From a virus: a stretch of DNA of 64,000 bases. The DNA lies in the IMG/VR virus record IMGVR_UViG_3300043395_000996, positions 64,001 to 128,000 of that record; one strand, given 5' to 3'. Positions 1-8,912 of the stretch are shown piece by piece. A program made the translations under genes and the position numbers. The notes beneath the pieces were generated by a model. That model searched no databases, was not told the DNA's origin, and saw only the letters and a program-made list of their open reading frames with translations. The first letter of the stretch is position 1. The number at the start of each line of letters is the position of its first letter.

Positions 1-526
1 TTGGGTCAATTTGCTGATAATAGTTTAAGAATGATAATAAAAGATTTCTTTCATTATCAAAAATGTGAACTTTTACCTCTCTACCATCTTTACTAAATTG
101 CTTTGCATTATCTTTGACTTTACGTTCTTTATCTAATACAAACACTTCATATTCTTTTGTGATAGAATCGTGTGCAGCAATAGCTGTGATTTCGTTTTGT
201 GCTTCCTTTGTATTTGGTAGACCAGATATCATTTCTACCTCAATATCAAATGTTAATACAGTATGACCTTTTGATGGTAAATCATTATCGTAAATGTCTA
301 CCAATACTCTCGTTGTTTCTGGCACATCGGATTCAAATAAATCTTCAGCTTCATCTTTTTCCCACTTTGAAATACGGGTTAATTTATCACCATACATTGA
401 ACGATGTTGTCCGTATGGGTCTTTTTTATAAGCGTATTTACGATATGGAAATGTTTGATAACCATTTGTATCATCCCATAAATGTATTAAATTCTTTGCT
501 CTCTCGTAATAGATGTTTTGATACAT
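1..526 (-). CDS. Family B DNA polymerase (T4 gp43-like), N-terminal part; runs off the left edge and is missing from the ORF track
   Basis: Manual translation from ATG at 526 (TAATG overlap with the upstream stop) gives MYQNIYYERAKNLIHLWDD...HTVLTFDIEVEMISGLP..., open to the edge. FDIEV is the ExoI motif of the PolB proofreading domain. Confidence 0.85.
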   Translation of the reverse strand, partial: MYQNIYYERAKNLIHLWDDTNGYQTFPYRKYAYKKDPYGQHRSMYGDKLTRISKWEKDEAEDLFESDVPETTRVLVDIYDNDLPSKGHTVLTFDIEVEMISGLPNTKEAQNEITAIAAHDSITKEYEVFVLDKERKVKDNAKQFSKDGREVKVHIFDNERNLLLSFLNYYQQIDP

Positions 527-1638
527 TAATATCTTAATTTTTCGTTTAAAACTTTAATCATTTTACTATCATTTAATGATAGTTCCTTTGCTCTTTCAAT
601 TGCTTTGTTTGATATATCTAAACGATGGGTTTCGTTATCTAATATTCTATCAAGCATATCAAACAAATCCTTTTTATATTTAAAGAATAATCCATTTGGG
701 TCTATCTCTTTATAACAATCTGATTCCTGAAATATCATCGGTGTTCCATTCATCATACAATCCGTTGCTGCCACACTCCATCCATAATTGGTTTGCCTCA
801 TCTGAACTCCAACCATACATTCTTGTAATCTTTTGTAATAGTCGTGTTTGGCAACTTTTGTATTATCAATCCAACTAAATTCTGGCTTACCATCCAATTG
901 TGGCACCCATACTTTAAAATCTTGCCTACGTTCCCTATACTCTTCCATCAATTTAATAAATGATGGATATCCTTTATAAGCGGCTGCTCTATGATTGAAT
1001 ACAATAACTTTTTCCTTTGATTGAGGCGATTCGATTATTTTGGAATTATCTACTCCTAAATTCCATACTACTAATATACTATTTAATTTTTGAATAAACA
1101 AATCATTAAACCACAATTTTGCTTCTTCCAAAACTCTATCTTTTTGTTCTTGTGTATTTAAAAAGCAAGTTTCCATTTGAGATACACCTAAAAGTTCTAT
1201 CGGCATCCATCTCCATTTGTTTTTTCTATCTTCGGCATTACAAGTTTTCATTTCCCACCAATGACAATATCCTATAATTTTGGTATTAAAATCATTTTTA
1301 TATCTACCAACTTGTGGCCAATCCGGCAAATGTGAATATATTACATCATAATCAATAGTTTCCAATAACCTATTCATATCAGGCGGATATGTTCTCATTT
1401 TAATCATATCACCTGAAAATGGTAGTATATGTTGTTTTACATTAATAAGATTCAATTTCTTAACCGCTTGTGGTAAAATGATATTCCAATAAAAATCACC
1501 ATGCGATTCCAATGCTTTTATATGGTTGTAAATAACATCAACAAATGAATCTTTTTCAATATTAGAAGAATTGGTAATATTTGGTATTACCAATACTTTG
1601 CGAGAATTACTATAATCTATACTATCCCAAAAATTCAT
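526..1638 (-). CDS. GT-B (family 4-like) glycosyltransferase
   Basis: 370 aa with KVIVFNHR...YKG, a ...YGWSVAATDCMMNGTP...EIDPNGLFF donor-binding segment and a C-terminal helix typical of the GT-B fold. Confidence 0.7.
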   Translation of the reverse strand: MNFWDSIDYSNSRKVLVIPNITNSSNIEKDSFVDVIYNHIKALESHGDFYWNIILPQAVKKLNLINVKQHILPFSGDMIKMRTYPPDMNRLLETIDYDVIYSHLPDWPQVGRYKNDFNTKIIGYCHWWEMKTCNAEDRKNKWRWMPIELLGVSQMETCFLNTQEQKDRVLEEAKLWFNDLFIQKLNSILVVWNLGVDNSKIIESPQSKEKVIVFNHRAAAYKGYPSFIKLMEEYRERRQDFKVWVPQLDGKPEFSWIDNTKVAKHDYYKRLQECMVGVQMRQTNYGWSVAATDCMMNGTPMIFQESDCYKEIDPNGLFFKYKKDLFDMLDRILDNETHRLDISNKAIERAKELSLNDSKMIKVLNEKLRY

Positions 1639-1639
1639 A

Positions 1640-2866
1640 TTATCTTCCTACTTCTTTTAAATAATGTTCTTTCATTTGTTCCCAAGTCATTCCAATTGCA
1701 TCTATATAAAATAGAACCTCTGGTTTGATTTTACCTTCATCAAACAATTTTTCATATCGTTTGATTGCTTTATTTTTCCACCATTTAATAGTGTATTCGT
1801 TTCCTTCTTTGAATTTATCTTTCAACACTAAATCCTTCTCTTCAATTTTTGAACAAAGGAATTCATTACCATTTTCATACATTTGTGCAAAATATACACC
1901 TCTTTGGAATCCGTGGTCATATTCATTTCCTTTAATTCCTAATTCTTTGAATATTGCCTGAATAATCTTTTGTTTGATTCCACTTACAGGTCCATTCTTT
2001 TCGTAACCCATATTAGCACCATTTCTTTCTCTCTCATCCATAATGTTTTTCTTATACCATTCTGAACGATTTTCTTTTAACCATTGATGCCACGGGTCAT
2101 AAACTTTATCATCGGGTTTTGTTGAAATCTTACCTTTGGATTCACCCAATGTTTTGAAATGTGGAATACCATTATATTGTGAATGGATACCATACAAAGA
2201 TGTTGTTCCCACTCCAACCAATGGATTGTTGTATTTCTTTTGCCAATAATCTCTAACTTCGGGTGAAGTTGCTAATGCTGCGATTAACTTACCACCTAAA
2301 AAATTATATCCAAATGGTTGTGTTGATACAATGGTAGTTGCAATTGTAGTGCAATTTAATTTACCCTTTTCAAACTTATCTTCTTTACTCCAACCAATAT
2401 ACTCATCTCTAACACCCAATGAAGTAATATCAGAACCCAAACAAATTTGCCCTAATATTTTTCCGCTTGTTCTATCCTTTACATAACATTTTACATTACG
2501 ACCTGGATTAGCCTGAAACTCCATTGTGTGAATCAATCTACGAATTTCAGTCCATCGAGTTGATTCTTTTGGGTCATCTTCTACAATTTCTACATAGGGA
2601 TTGATTGATTCGATTTCCTTAATAGTTAGCTCTTTATTTGTAATATCAGTCGGCTTCCATAACGAATCATAGTGTTGTTGAAGAACCGGCAATCGTTTCA
2701 TATTAGAAACCAAATCATCGTTCCACTCCATCCATTTTTTGTAGAGAGTTTGCTCTTCTACTGACATAGTTTTAAGATAGTCCATATTTTCAATGAACTT
2801 CTTTTTCATAACCTCATAATCAAATGTGGCCGTGTTTGTTTCTTCTCCGGTATCCCAAAATTTCAT
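1640..2866 (-). CDS. DUF4338 / Druantia DruA-like protein
   Basis: NPGRNVKCYVKD...LGQICLGS...VRDEYIGW...STQPFGYNFLGGKLIAALATSPEV...TTSLYG pattern recalled from DUF4338 proteins. Confidence 0.6.
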   Translation of the reverse strand: MKFWDTGEETNTATFDYEVMKKKFIENMDYLKTMSVEEQTLYKKWMEWNDDLVSNMKRLPVLQQHYDSLWKPTDITNKELTIKEIESINPYVEIVEDDPKESTRWTEIRRLIHTMEFQANPGRNVKCYVKDRTSGKILGQICLGSDITSLGVRDEYIGWSKEDKFEKGKLNCTTIATTIVSTQPFGYNFLGGKLIAALATSPEVRDYWQKKYNNPLVGVGTTSLYGIHSQYNGIPHFKTLGESKGKISTKPDDKVYDPWHQWLKENRSEWYKKNIMDERERNGANMGYEKNGPVSGIKQKIIQAIFKELGIKGNEYDHGFQRGVYFAQMYENGNEFLCSKIEEKDLVLKDKFKEGNEYTIKWWKNKAIKRYEKLFDEGKIKPEVLFYIDAIGMTWEQMKEHYLKEVGR

Positions 2867-2891
2867 ATTCAGATTTTATTATTGTGTTTTA

Positions 2892-2923
2892 CAAATATAC
2901 GAAAAATAATTGATATTACCAAA
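2892..2923 (-). promoter_or_regulatory. Bacteroidetes housekeeping-sigma promoter, TTTG-N20-TATATTTG, upstream of the DUF4338-GT-PolB genes
   Basis: The + strand has caaatata at 2892-2899 and caaa at 2920-2923, matching the -7 TAnnTTTG / -33 TTTG consensus. Confidence 0.8.
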
Positions 2924-3719
2924 ATTTGGTATCTATTTCCGTTTCTGGTGCAATTGTTTCCCAATGCTGAATATCCTTATTATATGCACGAGCATCTTTA
3001 GGATAAGGTCTAATCTCATGTTTCAATGATTTAAGAATTGTTTTTCTTTCTTTCTTATCTTCAGCTATAATTTGTAAGTATCTATGCTTTGGTGGTTCTT
3101 CTCTTCTCCAAAATTCTTTGTAACCTTGCTTACCAATTTCTCTACGAAGATGCTCCAAATTACCACTACCCCATTTTGTAAACACAGTCCTACTATGAAT
3201 CCATTTGTATGGGTTATTTGATAATGAAATGCCATAGTTTGGCATTAGGGCGATATCGGTATTTAGCCCCTGATAAATCCAATTAGTTGCTTGGTAAATA
3301 CCACCCAAATGTTCTTGCCCATTATCGGCGTAAGAAATAAGTGCTTTAATTGCTTTATCATTTTCTCTGAACCATTTGAATGATTGTCCCATAGCAAAAG
3401 ATTCAATGTTAGAACCATAACCATCATCACAATAAAGACGTGTTAATTCCAATACATTATCTTTTGTAAGTAATTCCGAAATAGAAGTTGCTGCTCTAGC
3501 TCCAACGGGAAACCCGTAAACCAAACATCCAATCAATTTGGTATCTTCGCCCAACGCATTGGTTTCATCCATTTTATAGAATATTCCTAATGCGTATCTA
3601 CACGCAGTCCAAGCGTGAGTATAGTGTTTCTTTACGATAATATCTTTTGCTACATCTTTACCAATTGGTGCTATAAATACTTTTGATGTATCACAATATT
3701 GTTTGCCTTCTACTTTCAT
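2916..3719 (-). CDS. Mom-like DNA-modifying GNAT acyltransferase, paralog 2
   Basis: IGCLVYGFP...VLELTRLYCDD...ALISYADNGQEHLGGIYQATNWIYQG is the Mu Mom family signature. Confidence 0.8.
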   Translation of the reverse strand: MKVEGKQYCDTSKVFIAPIGKDVAKDIIVKKHYTHAWTACRYALGIFYKMDETNALGEDTKLIGCLVYGFPVGARAATSISELLTKDNVLELTRLYCDDGYGSNIESFAMGQSFKWFRENDKAIKALISYADNGQEHLGGIYQATNWIYQGLNTDIALMPNYGISLSNNPYKWIHSRTVFTKWGSGNLEHLRREIGKQGYKEFWRREEPPKHRYLQIIAEDKKERKTILKSLKHEIRPYPKDARAYNKDIQHWETIAPETEIDTKFW

Positions 3720-3723
3720 AACC

Positions 3724-4479
3724 TTAATTTATTGGTTCTAATTTATGTATTTCTTCAATGAATTCCTCATTTGCTTTTGGATATGGCAAAGATGGATATT
3801 TTAGATTTTTTAATAATTGTTTTCTTTCTTTTCCATTAACCAAAATGTAAACGTAACGATGTTTTCTCGGTTCTTTTTTAATCCAAAATGGCGATGTAAC
3901 CATTGTCTGAATTATCTTCGGGTCATTCGTTCCGTATTTCACATATGAAGTTCTGCTATGATGCCACTCATCAATCTCACTCCACTTAAAACTCCAACTA
4001 TCATTTGGTCGGATTCGGTTACCCTGATAAATCCAATTGGTTGCTTGATATATAGTTCCTAAATGACCAGCCTTTGGGTCTGAATATGATACCAATGCTT
4101 TTATATGTGGTGCGTTTTCTCTTAACCATTGAAATGTTTTTCCAACAAACCAACTTTCAATATTACTACCATATCCATCAAACACAAATAAACGGGTTAG
4201 TTCTAACACTTCCGTTCTATCCAATGTTTCACATATAGATGCGCCGGAATGCCTACCAACCGGGTCACCATAACACGCTACACCAATAAGTTTTTCATTT
4301 ACTCCTCCAAAGAATTTGTGTTCATCGTTTGAAACATAAAATAAACCAATAGCATAGGATACTTTTGTCCATATACCACTATAATGGTTATTTACAATAA
4401 TATCCTTTGCTACGTTTTTATTTACCGACCTTACAACTAATTTTGATGTATCACAATATAACTTATTGAGTTCTTTCAT
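3724..4479 (-). CDS. Mom-like DNA-modifying GNAT acyltransferase, paralog 1
   Basis: IGVACYGDP...VLELTRLFVFD...ALVSYSDPKAGHLGTIYQATNWIYQG...KHRYVY. Confidence 0.8.
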   Translation of the reverse strand: MKELNKLYCDTSKLVVRSVNKNVAKDIIVNNHYSGIWTKVSYAIGLFYVSNDEHKFFGGVNEKLIGVACYGDPVGRHSGASICETLDRTEVLELTRLFVFDGYGSNIESWFVGKTFQWLRENAPHIKALVSYSDPKAGHLGTIYQATNWIYQGNRIRPNDSWSFKWSEIDEWHHSRTSYVKYGTNDPKIIQTMVTSPFWIKKEPRKHRYVYILVNGKERKQLLKNLKYPSLPYPKANEEFIEEIHKLEPIN

Positions 4480-4696
4480 AAGGCCACTTTATCATGTGTG
4501 TCCACGTTTGGTTTGTAACTATTTTTTTAATGTTAGCAGGAGATACCTTATAGTTTCTAGCAATAACATTGATATTTCTATGCCCTATACGATATAGTTC
4601 TCTAATTTCGGAAACCTGTTTTTCCGTTAATTTGTGCATTGGATGCGCTTCTCCTTTTAACATACGTCTAATATAACACTTTTTTTTGAGAATCAC
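4463..4696 (-). CDS. Small helix-turn-helix DNA-binding protein
   Basis: GEAHPMHKLTEKQVSEIRELY...IARNYKVSPANIKKIV resembles the HTH module found at the C-terminus of phage HNH endonucleases; no nuclease domain is present. Confidence 0.55.
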   Translation of the reverse strand: MILKKKCYIRRMLKGEAHPMHKLTEKQVSEIRELYRIGHRNINVIARNYKVSPANIKKIVTNQTWTHMIKWPYERTQ

Positions 4697-4703
4697 AAAT
4701 TTT

Positions 4704-4967
4704 TTACTTTAAATTTTCATTTATTGCGTTTACATATGCCAATTTAGATTGTAAACCGGTGAATCTTTCCACTTCTATACCATCTTTTTCCATAACTACT
4801 GTTGGAACTGAACGTATTCCGTATTTAGTGGCTTCTTCATAAGCTTCATCTACATCGTATTCTTCAAATCTTACATTTGAAAATTGGCCTTTAATTTCGT
4901 TCATCATTGGTGCCAATGCTCTACACGGTCCACACCATGCTGCGCTAAATTTTTTAACTGTTATCAT
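4704..4967 (-). CDS. trxA: Thioredoxin
   Basis: WCGPC active site and the SVPT cis-proline motif. Confidence 0.95.
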   Translation of the reverse strand: MITVKKFSAAWCGPCRALAPMMNEIKGQFSNVRFEEYDVDEAYEEATKYGIRSVPTVVMEKDGIEVERFTGLQSKLAYVNAINENLK

Positions 4968-4977
4968 AATTTTATTT

Positions 4978-6096
4978 TTAGTTGTTTTCTATTTTTGGGT
5001 ATTCTTGTGGATGATACAATGATTCCCATAATGGTATATTTGATATTCTTTGAATTGATTGAAAATAAATATCAAACATTATATCAAATTCTTTTGGAAA
5101 AATATCTTTAAAATTTGATTCATAATGTTTTGCTAAATTTAACAAAAGTTGTCTATTATGTCTATAAATATCTCTACACTTATCCCAAAGTTCATATAAT
5201 TCATCATTTGATTTAGCATTTAATTTTAATATCTCCTGATAAATCATTTTTTCTCTAACATTATCATCCGCATCATCATATGATTCATCTATTATATCGT
5301 TAAATGTTTTAAATCCCAAATTGTGTAAATTTCTTAAAACATGCTTTTGTCCTATAATAATAAATGGTCTAGATGATGCAAGAACTCTAAATGTTTTTTC
5401 AGAAATAAAAACAGAATCAATTGATAATACGTTTGATTCATATTGAGTTTCCGTTACAATATTACAAAACGCATCTCTATAAAATGGAACTAAATGTGAA
5501 TGATGGTGACAAAATGATGAATTTAAATCATCTTCTAAAAATGTATTTGAATTGTTATTATATCTAAATGAATAATATGAATTTTCTTTTATATTATTTT
5601 CTTCAAATAATTTTTCCAAATTACATCTATGCTCTTTTTTTGTTTTATTAAAGCTTATAAATTTTTTATTAAAATTTTTAGGTAATTCAAATTCTTCTAC
5701 AAAAAATTCATCAGGCGTAGCCCAATAAAAATTAAATGGATAATAATAAAATGTAAATTGTAAATATCCTAATAAATTTTCATACTCTTTAGTTTTATTT
5801 TCATAAAAAATGATAATCTTTTTAGTATTAATCTTTTTTTCTAAAAAAAATTCATGCAATTGAAATAATTGTAAAATGTGACCTGGAGTAATATATTCTC
5901 CTTTTTCCGAATATATTATTTTATAATCTCTATAATTTTCATAATAAAAATTAAGAAATTCATTTAAAACATACATTTCAGTTTGCATGAATAATGGTCT
6001 TTCAAAAAATATCGTTTTTGATTCAGGAGATATTATAATATATTTTTTAAAATCAATCCTTTCCATTAGTCTTTTCTTTGAAATCGGTGTATGCAT
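4978..6096 (-). CDS. Hypothetical protein, possibly a GT-B glycosyltransferase
   Basis: The C-terminal FCNIVTET...FISEKT...PFIIIG...GFKTF segment loosely resembles the EN..DYITEK donor motif of GT10 enzymes. Confidence 0.4.
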   Translation of the reverse strand: MHTPISKKRLMERIDFKKYIIISPESKTIFFERPLFMQTEMYVLNEFLNFYYENYRDYKIIYSEKGEYITPGHILQLFQLHEFFLEKKINTKKIIIFYENKTKEYENLLGYLQFTFYYYPFNFYWATPDEFFVEEFELPKNFNKKFISFNKTKKEHRCNLEKLFEENNIKENSYYSFRYNNNSNTFLEDDLNSSFCHHHSHLVPFYRDAFCNIVTETQYESNVLSIDSVFISEKTFRVLASSRPFIIIGQKHVLRNLHNLGFKTFNDIIDESYDDADDNVREKMIYQEILKLNAKSNDELYELWDKCRDIYRHNRQLLLNLAKHYESNFKDIFPKEFDIMFDIYFQSIQRISNIPLWESLYHPQEYPKIENN

Positions 6097-6778
6097 CTAA
6101 TAAGGCATCTACGACCGGATGTCTATGATTGGTTAATAAAGTTTGTGAATCCATATCTTTAATCTTCTTTGCAGCTGATAATAAGAATTTAAATCCACTA
6201 TCTCCTTTATATTTTAAATCTACTTGCTGTGTATCACCACAAACTACCATCTTACTTCTTAATCCCAAACGAGATGTAATCATTTCCATTTGGTCATTAG
6301 TGCAGTTTTGTGCCTCATCTACAATAATAAATGAATCCAAAAATGTTCTACCTCTCATAAATGCCAAAGGTACAATTTCAACTTGTCCACTTTCTAAAAT
6401 CTTATCAATCTTTTCTTTGTTGTACAATTGATAAAAGTTAGAATAGATGGGTTGCATCCACGGTTCCATTTTCTCTCTCAAATCGCCTGGTAAAAATCCG
6501 ATTTCCTCTTTACTTACAGTAGGACGAGTAATGATGATTTTAGTAACCGATTTCTTAAATAACATATCTAATGCAACCTGGCAAGCTAAAAGTGTTTTAC
6601 CACTTCCGGCTTTACCACTTAATATTGTAATCGCATTATTTAAAATTTTCTCTTTTGCTTCTTTTTGCTCTTCATTCAGTTGTAACTGAAATTTAATAGG
6701 TCCTTTTGGTTTATCAATTTTTTCCTCTCTAATTTTCTCCGTTAATTCTTTGTTCTTTAACGATTGATTCTCTCCCAT
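6053..6778 (-). CDS. phoH: PhoH family ATPase
   Basis: GKAGSGKT Walker A, plus IIITRP, GFLPG, MRGRT, DEAQN and GDTQQVD motifs. Confidence 0.95.
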   Translation of the reverse strand: MGENQSLKNKELTEKIREEKIDKPKGPIKFQLQLNEEQKEAKEKILNNAITILSGKAGSGKTLLACQVALDMLFKKSVTKIIITRPTVSKEEIGFLPGDLREKMEPWMQPIYSNFYQLYNKEKIDKILESGQVEIVPLAFMRGRTFLDSFIIVDEAQNCTNDQMEMITSRLGLRSKMVVCGDTQQVDLKYKGDSGFKFLLSAAKKIKDMDSQTLLTNHRHPVVDALLDAYTDFKEKTNGKD

Positions 6779-6800
6779 AAAATTAATTTAAAATAAAAAA

Positions 6801-6929
6801 CTATTTTCCTTTTCTGCCAGATTTTTTAGTCTGCATTTGTTTTGGTACATTTTTAATTGGAGTTTGTTTAACTCCTTTAGCAACCAAAGTCTTTTTTTCG
6901 TTTTTGTTTCCAAAGAATTTACTACTCAT
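6801..6929 (-). CDS. Small basic hypothetical protein (42 aa), missing from the ORF track
   Basis: Manual translation MSSKFFGNKNEKKTLVAKGVKQTPIKNVPKQMQTKKSGRKGK; it overlaps the upstream stop and fills the gap. Confidence 0.55.
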   Translation of the reverse strand: MSSKFFGNKNEKKTLVAKGVKQTPIKNVPKQMQTKKSGRKGK

Positions 6930-7131
6930 AATAATTTTTCATTTTAGGTGTACCTCTTAATTTTTGAACTAATTTGTGCTCCCTCACTTGTTTTATTTTT
7001 AAATCCAACCAACTTTCATTCTCCTCTACTCTATTTAACTTCTTTTGTAGTTTATGTAGCTTTTTTGCTACTCTACCTTTGTCAATCTTCTTCTCACTCA
7101 TAGTATTGATTTTTAAAAGTTTAACCATCAC
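6922..7131 (-). CDS. Small Lys-rich hypothetical protein (probable start at 7101)
   Basis: Packed directly after nrdA on the coding strand. Confidence 0.5.
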   Translation of the reverse strand: MMVKLLKINTMSEKKIDKGRVAKKLHKLQKKLNRVEENESWLDLKIKQVREHKLVQKLRGTPKMKNYYE

Positions 7132-8902
7132 AACTTAAACACTCCGGGTCCATTGCTTTTGCTGCAATATCTCCTCGTAAAACTGATTCGGTTCTCATAT
7201 AATATAACGTTTTAACACCTTGCTTCCAAGCTTCCAAATGAACTTGATTAATCCACTTTGGTTCTGCCGTAGCGGGAAATGCTAAATTCAATGAAACTGC
7301 TTGGTCAATATATTGTTGTCTTACTCCAGCTTGTCTTACTAAATCCAATTGGTTAATTTCTTTGAATGTTTTGAATACATCTTTAACTGAATTACATCTA
7401 TGAGCTCTTTCATCTATTGATACTTCCTTACATTCAATTAATTTACCTTCAGAAAAACACCAATCATCCAAAAAGTCCAAACCTTGTACCGAGCCACCAT
7501 CTGCTAAAATTTGGTCCCATACTTCTTTTGTATTTTTACCAACTTTACGAAGTACTCTTTCTAATTCAGGATTCTTTCTGATAAATGTACCTTTAGATGT
7601 TTGTTCGGTAAATACGTTAGCTGCCCAAGGTTCAATACCACTACTTACATTTCCACTCAATTTGGAGTTGGATACAGTAGGTGCTACTGCTCTTAAATGA
7701 GTATTTCTCATACCACTCTCTTTACACCACAGTGGTTCACCATATTCTGATGCTAACCATCTACTTGCTCTTTCGGATTCAATTTTAATTTGAGAGAAAA
7801 TCTTACGAGTTTCAAATTGTGCTTGCAATCCTTCAAATGGTAATCCTTTTTGTTGCAAATGCGTATGCCATCCCAATACACCTAATCCCAATGCTCTACC
7901 TCTTTCTGCTGAACGAACCGAATTCTCAAATCCTTTCATATTTTTAGCTCTCTGAATAAACTCTTCTAATACACCATCTAAAAAGATTGTTGATGTATAA
8001 ACTAAATCAGTATCTTTCCATTCATCGTATTTAGCTAAATTCAAAGATGATAAGCAACAAACAAATGAATGCTGCTCATCGGTATGTAGAACGATTTCTG
8101 AACATATGTTAGTCATATGAACTTTCAATCCATTCTTTTTGTACATTTCAGGGTTTGCTTTGTTTACATTCCCTTTGTACATAATATATGGTTCACCTGT
8201 TGCTTTACGTTTCTGAAGTAACTTACCCCATTTACGTCTGGCTTCTGAATCGCCTTCTTCTAATTTCTTCATAAACTTATCACTAACAACTACACATTGA
8301 TGTAGGTTTAATGATTGTCTATTCACATCGCCTTTTGGTTCTCTAATTTCCAAAAAGTCATCAAAATCTTTATGTTCAATTTTAATGTTCACCGATGCTG
8401 CTCCTCTTCTAACTGCTCCTTGATTTGTAGCAAGAATAGTTGAATCATAGATTTTAGCAAATGGTACAATACCATCCGATGTTCCATTGCCAGTAATTTT
8501 AGAACCAGCCGGTCTAATCATATTAATACCAATACCAACACCACCTCCGTGCTTTGCTAATAGCATCAATTCTAAATTCTTTGAACCAATTTCAAAGATA
8601 CTATCGCCCACATCTATACCAAAGCATGAAATGGGTAATCCTCTATCGGTACCTGTGTTTGCTAATACGGGCGTTGCTAAACACAACCACCCTTTCCAAA
8701 TGTAATCAAAGAATTTTGTTGCCAATTGTGGTTTCTCCAATCGTTTGGCAACAGCCGTAGCAACTCTCCAATATGCATCTTTTGGCTTTTCTCCGGCCTG
8801 TAAATATGTTTTAGATATAGTCTTTACATATATCTCATTGTTTCCCCAAGAAGGAAAATCAACATCTACTTCCCATCCGTATTCTTCTCCGTAATTTTTC
8901 AT
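7121..8902 (-). CDS. nrdA: Ribonucleotide reductase class Ia alpha subunit, no ATP-cone
   Basis: PISCF, GGGVG, catalytic NICSE, VAPT, TLYY and a C-terminal CLSC. Confidence 0.95.
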   Translation of the reverse strand: MKNYGEEYGWEVDVDFPSWGNNEIYVKTISKTYLQAGEKPKDAYWRVATAVAKRLEKPQLATKFFDYIWKGWLCLATPVLANTGTDRGLPISCFGIDVGDSIFEIGSKNLELMLLAKHGGGVGIGINMIRPAGSKITGNGTSDGIVPFAKIYDSTILATNQGAVRRGAASVNIKIEHKDFDDFLEIREPKGDVNRQSLNLHQCVVVSDKFMKKLEEGDSEARRKWGKLLQKRKATGEPYIMYKGNVNKANPEMYKKNGLKVHMTNICSEIVLHTDEQHSFVCCLSSLNLAKYDEWKDTDLVYTSTIFLDGVLEEFIQRAKNMKGFENSVRSAERGRALGLGVLGWHTHLQQKGLPFEGLQAQFETRKIFSQIKIESERASRWLASEYGEPLWCKESGMRNTHLRAVAPTVSNSKLSGNVSSGIEPWAANVFTEQTSKGTFIRKNPELERVLRKVGKNTKEVWDQILADGGSVQGLDFLDDWCFSEGKLIECKEVSIDERAHRCNSVKDVFKTFKEINQLDLVRQAGVRQQYIDQAVSLNLAFPATAEPKWINQVHLEAWKQGVKTLYYMRTESVLRGDIAAKAMDPECLSCDG

Positions 8903-8912
8903 AACTTATAAT

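Noticed and set aside
4463-4696. HNH homing endonuclease
   Set aside because: Only the HTH-like module is present, and no HNH motif lies upstream in frame.
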